DNA of 64,000 bases, taken from the NCBI RefSeq assembly GCF_006345805.1, contig NC_042999.1:108004001-108068000 (forward strand), given 5' to 3'. The DNA comes from Octopus sinensis (lineage: Eukaryota). A program made the position numbers and the translations under genes. This document shows, piece by piece, positions 55,105 to 64,000 of this stretch (position 1 is its first letter; each line of letters begins with the position of its first letter). The notes under the pieces are model-generated. The model was not told the DNA's origin, did no database searches, and was given only the letters and a program-made list of their open reading frames with translations.

Positions 55105-55732
55105 ATGTACAGATAGAGAGAAATCACACTGTCTTGCCAACTGATAAGGATTATTTGCTGAGGAGGTCTAATAACACTGAAACACATATATTTGGTTTTT
55201 CAGATCACATCTACTCAAATTTGCATTGTCTGTTCTGTCTGAAATATTCTCTTCACCTATGCATATTAGAATTATATCACTTGGTTGTTTTTAGATTTTA
55301 AGTACACTTAGAGGAAGTTTATGTCTACTAATTTCTAAGATAATCTCAGTTATCAACAGGAAATTAGAATTCTCAACATAAAGGAAAAAAATTATTAACA
55401 ACTTGGATATGATAGAATATTCTTAGGAGACTAATAAATGCACAAATTTCAGTTTACAAACTATAAAAACTCAACCTAATGTTTATTTTTGTCAATTAAT
55501 TTAAATAGAAAATAGAGTAATTATGTAATTTACCAAATTTTAATTTCTTATTAATCCATTCAGGTGTACACTGACTTAATTAATAAATTTTCAGTTTCTT
55601 AGCTAAATTGTATCAGTAGTCTAGTAGTTTGACTATATGTAACTATAACAATCTATGAACTAATAACACTTTATGTAATTACATTGCTGTACTAAATGGA
55701 AAGAGAGACAAAGCAGTATCTACTATAAATTA

Positions 55733-56328
55733 CAGTAATACTTCACTTGACGATGGCTCACTTTACAAGAACCCCAGGTTTTTGACTTTTAGGCTTCAGC
55801 TCACTTTTTTATGGTGAGCTGAAATGTTTCAAGCACAAGACCCAAATTTTTAACAAAGTGCAAAAGTTTCTATTACCTTAACAAATGCTTTTGCATGTTA
55901 CTGAGAAATTTATAGACAGCAAAACAAAAAGTAGCTTCTTCTAAGTAAACTCCAGAGTGGTTTTTTAAAAATAAATCTACAAGTCTGTCTATGAGTGCTT
56001 GTGAATTGGCGATCATGTCTACAACTGATGATATGCACAAGTTTAGTGTGAGTGAAAGTGATTCAGAAAATGATTATAATAATATTTCTTTTTATTATAA
56101 ATAATCTTGACATTCTTGTTACTTTACATAAAATATTCTTTACAATCCACTGTTGTTTTATTGCCATTTATTTACGAGTATTATAAATTTTATAGGTAAA
56201 ATATTTTTCTGGGAATGAATTAGGATTTATAACATTGCTACTATGGGAAATTATTGCTCTGCTTTATGAGTTTTCGCTTTATGAGCAGTCTCCAGGAACA
56301 AATTAACTCATATATTGAGGCATTACTG
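55733..56328. mobile_element. pogo/Tigger-like non-autonomous element
   Basis: TA on both sides; TIRs CAGTAATACTTCA versus rc CAGTAATGCCTCA (11/13). Confidence 0.6.
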
Positions 56329-56955
56329 TACTTTCATACATTCTGAGTTCAAATCTGCCTTTTATCATTCTGAGTTTGATAAAGTACCACTCAAGTACTA
56401 GGGTTGATGTAATCAATTAGCCCCTACCTTTCAAAATTTCTAGTTTTATGCCTAAATTAGAAACAATTATTAGCTTAAGTACTTTTGAAGCATTGGTGTT
56501 GGCATAATTCATTATATTACTTCATCAAATTTGTGGCCTTGTACTTTTGTTAGATATTGTTGGCTTGCTTGAATCAGTAATGTGTTTGGTAAAAAAGAAA
56601 TTTACAGATTTAGTTATGATCCTTTATGCTTTGAGTTCAAGTCTTACTATTACCAGTTTTATCTTTCCTTCTGCCAAGGTTGATAAAAATAAATAGCAGT
56701 CAAGGGCTATACATTCTCTGCAAATATGTAATCCTGTACTTGTAATATAAGTCATTATTATATTTTACGAACATTTGAGATGTTTAATATTCACCCCAAA
56801 ATATACCAAAGACATTGTAATTCTCTATACAATTTCATATTCATTAATATTTGTGAATGTACACAAAATCTTGTACTGATAACATTTAAGAAAATTTTTA
56901 TTGCTAATACAATATGAAAATAAGTGCAAGGCTAGCTGCTCAACTTTTGCTGTAG

Positions 56956-56985
56956 ATCTTATGATTTGGAGATTCAGACCAAAAG
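56956..56985 (+). CDS. Candidate symmetric exon (30 bp): xLMIWRFRPK or SYDLEIQTK
   Basis: Acceptor caacttttgctgtAG, donor AAG|GTGAGC. Confidence 0.22.
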
Positions 56986-58540
56986 GTGAGCATTCAACTA
57001 AGAAATTGAGCATTTATTTATTAGATCAATATTCATCTGAAAAGATTTACACAACAATTGAAATTTGATAAATTATGAAATTATATCCCCCCACACACAC
57101 ATAGATTAAATTAATTTACAAAAATGAATATTGGGTTGCATTTAGATCTTGTAAGCTGACCATTAGTGTATTTATTTGTCCTCCCTAAAATATTCCTGCT
57201 GAAAGCACTGATTTTAAAATTAAATATTTTACAAAAGATGATAGATTATATTTTAGAAAACATGGAATACATCTCATCAAAGACTGGATATCAAATAAGA
57301 AAGTGTAACTTAGAAAAGAATATATTTTCAGTTTTATTGAAACATATTCTATATACATCAGTTTGCTATTGATATATTTCATAAATTGCTAAAAGGCTGA
57401 TAAGCAAAATTTAGAATCTTTAAATTGGTTTCTCTGTTTGATGTGTCCACTCTTTATTTGTATATATGATCCAAAAGTTGCTATCAGCAAAATACTGATT
57501 AACAATGATGCTCCTAATATTGATTACAATTTTTCAGTTTTATTTATTGTTTACTTACGATGACTGTTATAAGGCATCATATTATGGTTATATTATTAAA
57601 AATAATATTTATGGATAGAATGAATTATATTAATTTAATTAATTTAAATTTTGTTGACAATCTTTTAATTTTCCCATAATCTTATTAATGTCACTGATCA
57701 TGTTATTGTCATATTAATAATTATAAAAATAGGTGATGAATGGAGTGAGCTGTTTCAATAAAGTTAAATTTGTTAGGTATTTTTAGAAATATCATCCAAC
57801 CCACGGAAAACAGATGTTGAGTGATAATGGTGATGATAATGATGTTGATGATGATGACAAAGATTACTATGAATTTTGTATAGAGAAAAGTAATACTCAT
57901 TAGGTAAAGCTTGAAATTAGTGTACATACTAGCAATTTCAGAATTGTAATTTAAATTATAAGATATTAAAAATATTCCAGTAAGTCACCTTATTGAGCTT
58001 ACTCGAATTTCAAATTGATATTAATGTACATGGACTAAGTCTGTTTACTAAAATATTCTTAATCTAACTGGTGATAGTTAAGTAAATGAAAATTTATTCA
58101 ACATTTGGAACAGTTGGTTGAAACATTATTAATCAAAGATTTATTTATTTTAATTTTACATATTTTCCTGCTATACACATAAGTATAAGAGGCAACTTTT
58201 CATTTAGATATCTACAGGAACAGCAAAATACCTCATCATAATTACTGACAATCATTTTAAAATACTGCTATTGTGTTCTCAATTAAGCATAAACACACAC
58301 AAAAGTTATCACTTACTACTGTATCATTTTAAAATTACTATGAGTAGATTTAATTGGATGTTAATTTTTTTAATGATAATTATCAGCAAATAACATTTTT
58401 GTGAGAGATATTTCTGAGAAATTTTAGGGTTTTCTTATCAACTTCTAGTTGGAAGAAAAAAAATGTAAAGTTAATATTCTGATTGTTTAACCTATTTTTC
58501 ATTTGATTATAAACTAGTTCAATTTTCTTATATGTTGCAG

Positions 58541-58580
58541 GTGTGGAGCAAAAAGCTTCAGTTGACCCCTCAAACTGCTA
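58541..58580 (+). CDS. Candidate exon (40 bp): GVEQKASVDPSNC or VWSKKLQLTPQTA
   Basis: Acceptor aattttcttatatgttgcAG, donor CTA|GTAAGT. Confidence 0.28.
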
Positions 58581-59039
58581 GTAAGTGATAAAATTTATTT
58601 TACATGTTTTGATATGCAAACTCATATATACTGTTGTGTCTGGGGAGAGTCATTTTCTTTTTGTGCCTTATAAATATGTGCCAGCAGAATATGCTTCAAC
58701 ACACGAACTCATATAGAGAATCGTGCAAACCAAATCCATGAACGAAACTCATATATAGTTACATGGAATTGTTTAGGTGAAAAATATCTTAATAAATCTA
58801 ATTATGAACATACTGTATGAGTCATGTAAGTGTGTGTTATGTGTGTGTGTAGTGAGGTGCGAGAAAGAAAGAGAGAGCATGCATACAATTCAAAGAAAGC
58901 ACACACAATTGGAAGATATTTGTATTAACAGTTTGAACTAGTGCTGATCTGAATCAAACTTAATATAACTTGTGTGTTTATGTGTATACATATGCATATA
59001 TATACACATACATATATATATAAGTATATGTGTGTGTGT

Positions 59040-59690
59040 ACACAATGGAACAAGAACGCAAAACATCCAGATAGATGATACAAAGAAAACAAGGACAGGT
59101 CATTCGGAGTTCCAGATTATCTTTGCAATTTCGGCTGGTTATACTTGAGATTGCTCCAATCTAGCCAGCCCCAAGGAAAAATTAAGCTAAGAGCATTAGA
59201 TTCGTTGCAAGAAAGCAGCAAATGAATACAAAAACAAGGACAGAGAAAACGGAAAGTTACACAAATACAAATAACAGGACATAACAACAGGTGTCTTTTG
59301 ACTAAAGATGAATTAAATTAAGCTGGCATGTCTGGAAGTAAAGCCTTATGGTAGGGATACAAGATTTCACAGGGAAGAAGATAGATTTTGCACAGACAAC
59401 GGCTGAACCAAGAAAGAAAGATCAGGCTTGGCTGAACACCAGTCATGTGGGGAGAGAAGAGAGAGAGGTAGAGGCAGAGGGACAGAAGAAATAAGGAGGT
59501 GTGAGAAACACTGACAGGGACACAGTGAAGGGAAAAGAGGAGGGAAAGCGAGTGTAAAGAGAAGGCAATGAAATGTGAGAGAGGGGGAACGAAAGAATGA
59601 AAAGTGGAATGAATGAAATAAGCATGAAAGGGATGGTAGAAGAAGGAAAGAATAAGAGAATAGAGTCATACAAGATTTAGATAAATATAT
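59040..59690. repeat. Purine-rich interspersed repeat of uncertain class
   Basis: Bounded by TA/TG microsatellites, strongly strand-asymmetric, similar in style to 17805-18330. Confidence 0.3.
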
Positions 59691-59717
59691 ACTTACATAT
59701 AAGTGTATATATATAAA

Positions 59718-60480
59718 TTAGGTTGGCAACTAAGTTCCCACCTTTTTTTTAATTTAAATTCTTTAAAAGGTTTAATAAAAAAAATATCAGTTAATTAATC
59801 AATAATGTATTCACCCTTGTTGTTTACAACTTCTTCCCAATGTTCAACAAAATGTTCAATACCTTGTTGGTAGAAATCATCTGATTACGACTTGAAAAAT
59901 TGATCCAACCAAGCTCTCAATTCTGCATCAGTATTGAACGAGATTTGAAAGAGATTGAAAGAGGTGGAAATCTGTTAGTGCCAAATCAGGAGAGTACGGC
60001 GGGTGTGACAGCACTTCCCAGACATGCGTTTGAATGGCTTCCTTGGTCATATTGGCGATATGAGGGCAGGCGTTGTTGTGCAGCAGCAGAACTCCATGCT
60101 GATGATTAGGTCTTTTCTCTTGAATAGTCATGATGAGTCATTCCATCTGTTGTACATAGAGTTCCATGTTGACCGTTTAGTTCCATTCCCAGTCCTACCA
60201 TACACATAACATTGTTTTACGTGGATGAAGATCTTGTTTCACGCATGGCGTCGCTTGTTTACCAAGGCTAAGCCATTCCTTACACTGCTTCATATTGATG
60301 TACAGGCACCAATTTCTGTCGCCAGTAACGATTCGGTAAAGAAATCATTGCTTGTGTCCATAAGTTGAGTGGTGATGAGCAAGCAAACCAAAAATAAAGA
60401 GGAGGATTTTGTCAAAAAAGGAAATATTAAACCCACTAAGTCAACTGCTTAAAATTGGTCTCAATTTATCTGCAAGACCC
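59718..60480 (-). mobile_element. Internally deleted, decayed mariner transposon
   Basis: Minus strand gives DLHPRKTMLCVW*DW and HNNACPH...HPPYSPDLALTDFHLFQSL (ORF 59928-60131); TTAGGTTGGCAAC TIR-like end at 59718. Confidence 0.88.
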
Positions 60481-60495
60481 TATATATATATATAT

Positions 60496-60580
60496 AATTA
60501 ACAGAATGAGATAAAATTCAAGGCTGTGAAAGATTTCAGAACATTTCACACCCTTGGATTTTTATCTCATTCTGTTAATT
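60496..60580. other. 85-nt near-perfect stem-loop
   Basis: About 36-bp stem (21 perfect outer pairs, one bulge, one G-U, one C-C) with a 12-nt loop. Confidence 0.85.
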
Positions 60581-60732
60581 TTTCATATATACACATGCTG
60601 ATATATGACTGACATTGGACTCCTCATTCACATAATCACTGAACCTGGAGCTTAACTATAGTCTGTCCATAGCACTTTCTCAGCATTACCTGACACCTTT
60701 GGGTCTTCTTGACACCATTACCTCTCAAAACC

Positions 60733-60774
<42 letters not shown>

Positions 60775-63136
60775 CATGCATGAAAACACACGCATATACA
60801 AAGCACACATCAAATGTGGTTTAAAATCTACTACAGCTGTTTGAGTAGAATTTCTTTGATGTATTCATAAATTACATCATTGCATAAACCCACCATCTTT
60901 AGGTGAAATTTGTTTTTACAGTTCTATGATTGTTACCAAAATATAATTCAATACACATAATTCTCTTTATCACTTCAAAAACAGAATGGTGAATTTCAGA
61001 GTAGTGCCAGAGTGAAATATCACCTTTGAATATATGTATAAACTCTCCAACATATATCAGGTGACTTCAAATATGTGTTCATGCATGCACACACACACAT
61101 GCACAGGTGAAGATGACAGTGACTGTAAAAGGGGTTAAAGAAATTAGATGATTTGTGGTAAAAAAAAAAGTACTTTAATATTTGGTAAATTAGATTTTTG
61201 TGTTCCAATATATTCAAGAATAAATTAGTTATTTGTATTATTTTTTTGTCTCTTACTCCATTAAAAGTATACACAATGCATTTCATTTCATATTTAAATG
61301 CTTTCAAGTATCTCAGCATATTTCTCCATTACCTTTTGTTATGTAAAATTTTAAAAAATAATTTTAGTATCATAAATGAAAAGAGGACTAATGAAGACCA
61401 GGACAGTTTCTGTTGCACTGTTGGAGGGCGATAACAGTTGGTTTATAAATATATGGGTTATGTGCACATTATTGTGTGACAGTGTCAATAGGAGAAAAAA
61501 AATCTTCTTGTCTTGCATTAAACTATCGTGTGAAATTACAAAGATCATGTAAACTGTGTACAATGTAACACTTTAAACTTTTATGTAAAAATGACTATAA
61601 TTTAGTCTGTTTTGCAATATTTACTAGTTTTTACTGAGATTTTATTCAATGCTACACAATAGATTTCTCTGTTACTTAAAAGCATGATGGCTTTTTTTAA
61701 ACATTTTTGCCCATTATCGTTCCTTTCATATTAATACATCTTTAAAATCTTATTTTACTCTTAAATTCAGAGTACTTTTTTAAAGAAGCTGCTGGAAACA
61801 TTATTTTTTTTTAGGTTTATAATTTATTTGTAAATAAAAGGTGTATTTTACTGGGATTTTTATTGTAGATCTTTTCTCATACAGAAGGACAGATTACTTA
61901 TTTTCTTAATTAAGATTACTTATTTTCTTCATTTATCAGTACAGGGTGATTTAAAATTTCTTTGAAAATTGAAAATTTTAAAATTCAAACCCTTCCACTA
62001 ATTTTATTGAATTTTTAGGCAAGGTACTTCACTGAATATTTCTTGGCACCAGTCCTTCTTTGTGATGCATTAGTTAAAATTAGAAAAATAATCAAGCTAT
62101 AAAATATGTGTTCAGACTTTTAATACAACTATTTAAATTTATAAGCTACACAATTAATATTAGCAAGGGAAAATAGGATGAAAAATAAAACCATCAGAAT
62201 ACTCTTCTTATTCCTTAATAATATTTTACATAATTGAGTAAAATAATTCACATTAAACTTTATAGTTTCATATTTATTTAGCAAGTAATATGATTATGCA
62301 GAGTAATGATAAAACTGACTAGAATACATAAATCAAATTACATTCATGCATGCACACACACACAAGTTTACATTTAATATTCTTCTTCTCATTTTCTCCA
62401 GTATTGACCAGGTGTTGTTGACTCTCTGAGGAAAGTTACTAAATATTTAACAAATGCTTAACTATCCAGTCATTTTCTACTTTTAGCTCATACATTAATT
62501 AATCTTACTTCAGATGTTCATAGATTGCTATTAATTGAGAGGTTTCATGCCACAGTTTAGTTATATTTAAAAGATTTAATAGGGATTCCTCTTATGTAAT
62601 TACAACTAATATTGATGAAGTTAATGTTGACAGTTCCCTATTTTCGCATGAATTTTTGTTCTAATGTAGTTATTGTTTATTTTCATAAATGAAATTTAAT
62701 GAAAATATTTCTAATTAGTAACTAATTAATGACATTTCAATAGATGATTCACAAATTTATAAAGACTGTAGTAAATTTTATGTTCAACTAGCAAAAAAAA
62801 AAAGAAAGATAAAATTCAAAAATTAATAAAGAAAAATAAAGGTGCAAAATGCTATCATTGTCTTTGTTACTGATATCCTTTTGTGCTTCCATGTTAGCAT
62901 GATTTAAGTGAACTTGATGGATCACATTATTGTTCAGCTAGTGCAGAACTGTGATGAAACTGGAATCCAGATAGTATTTTTTATTATTATTGTGGAGGTG
63001 AAATTAATGATTTCAGTGTGTAAATGACCATTTTTGCCAACTTCAAAAGCTAGTGAATAGTGGAGAGAATTCCATGCATTTGTCATTATAATGTGTGCCT
63101 TTCAAACTGTTAACTGGCATTGCATCAGTTATGATG

Positions 63137-63428
63137 ATGAGGGTTCCAGTTAATTCAATCAACAGAACAACCTGCTCGTGAAATTAATATGCAAGTGGCT
63201 GAGCTCTCTACAGACATCTTTACCATTAATGTAGTTCTCAGGAAGATTCAGTGCGACACAGAACCTGATGTTGGTCCTTTGACTTACAGGTACAACTAAT
63301 TTTTGCCAGCTGAGTGGACCAGTGCAATGTGAAATAAAGTGTCTTGCCCAAGGACACAACACACTTGGTTTTCAAACTTGTGACCTTACAATCATGAGCT
63401 AAATATCTTAACGACTTAGCCACACACC
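63137..63428 (-). mobile_element. SINE family D
   Basis: Reverse-complement homologue of 28508-28826. Confidence 0.8.
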
Positions 63429-63455
63429 TTCAAACTATTAGGATTCAGAAATATC

Positions 63456-63691
63456 GAAGGTGACAAGCTGGCAGAAACGTTAGCACGCTGGGCAAAATGC
63501 TTAGCAGTATTTCGTCTGCTGCTATGTTCTGAGTTCAAATTCCGCCGAGGTCAACTTTGCCTTTAATCCTTTCGGGGTTGATAAATTAAGTACCAGTTAT
63601 GCACTGGGGTCAATATAATCAACTTAATCCATTTGCCTGTCCTTGTTTGTCCCCTCTGTGTTTAGCCCCTTGTGGGTAGTAAAGAAATAGG
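63456..63691 (+). mobile_element. SINE family A, tail type 1, with 17-bp TSD
   Basis: TAGGATTCAGAAATATC at 63439-63455 and 63688-63704. Confidence 0.9.
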
Positions 63692-64000
63692 ATTCAGAAA
63701 TATCACTGTTTCAACAATGGTGTAATCAATTAAGAAAATATTATCTTTCAGTTTCAGGCACCAGGCACACAACTATTATAGTTCATTCAAATCCTTGTAG
63801 TTTGCTCCATTCCAGGAGCACAAATAAGCAAACTACTAGAAAATATTGACATTTGATATATAATTTATCCTTTTTTCAAGCATTTGCAGCTCTAAGCTAG
63901 CTGATGTTTTGTGAATGGGATTAGAAAATGGAAATTCTATGGAAACCCATCATGCATGTGGCAAGAGTTGCATGAATGCTGTCATTTCTGCTTCTTACCT

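Noticed and set aside
55795-55823. 10-bp stem-loop TTCAGCTCAC/GTGAGCTGAA
   Set aside because: Short and inside the pogo-like element; not distinguishable from chance or TE-internal structure.

Overview
AT-rich, CpG-depleted, repeat-dense eukaryotic DNA that looks mostly intronic or intergenic. The SINE families and the dense (CA)n/(TA)n/(GA)n/(CAT)n microsatellites resemble an octopus or other coleoid cephalopod genome; this is inferred from recalled repeat sequences, not from a search. No long intact coding ORF is present. The best-supported features are transposable elements: several tRNA-headed SINE families (some with exact target-site duplications), two decayed mariner transposons, a mariner-type MITE, a pogo/Tigger-like MITE, two adjacent Helentron/DINE-like elements, decayed LINE reverse-transcriptase fragments and palindromic MITE-like elements. 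Short segments bounded by good splice signals occur on both strands and may be exons of a long-intron gene. I could not assign them to a protein family, so they are low confidence. The observations most worth checking are inverted-repeat duplexes overlapping candidate exons (possible ADAR or splicing structures), an 85-nt pre-miRNA-like hairpin, and a young repeat with a ladder of progressively longer 5' restarts.
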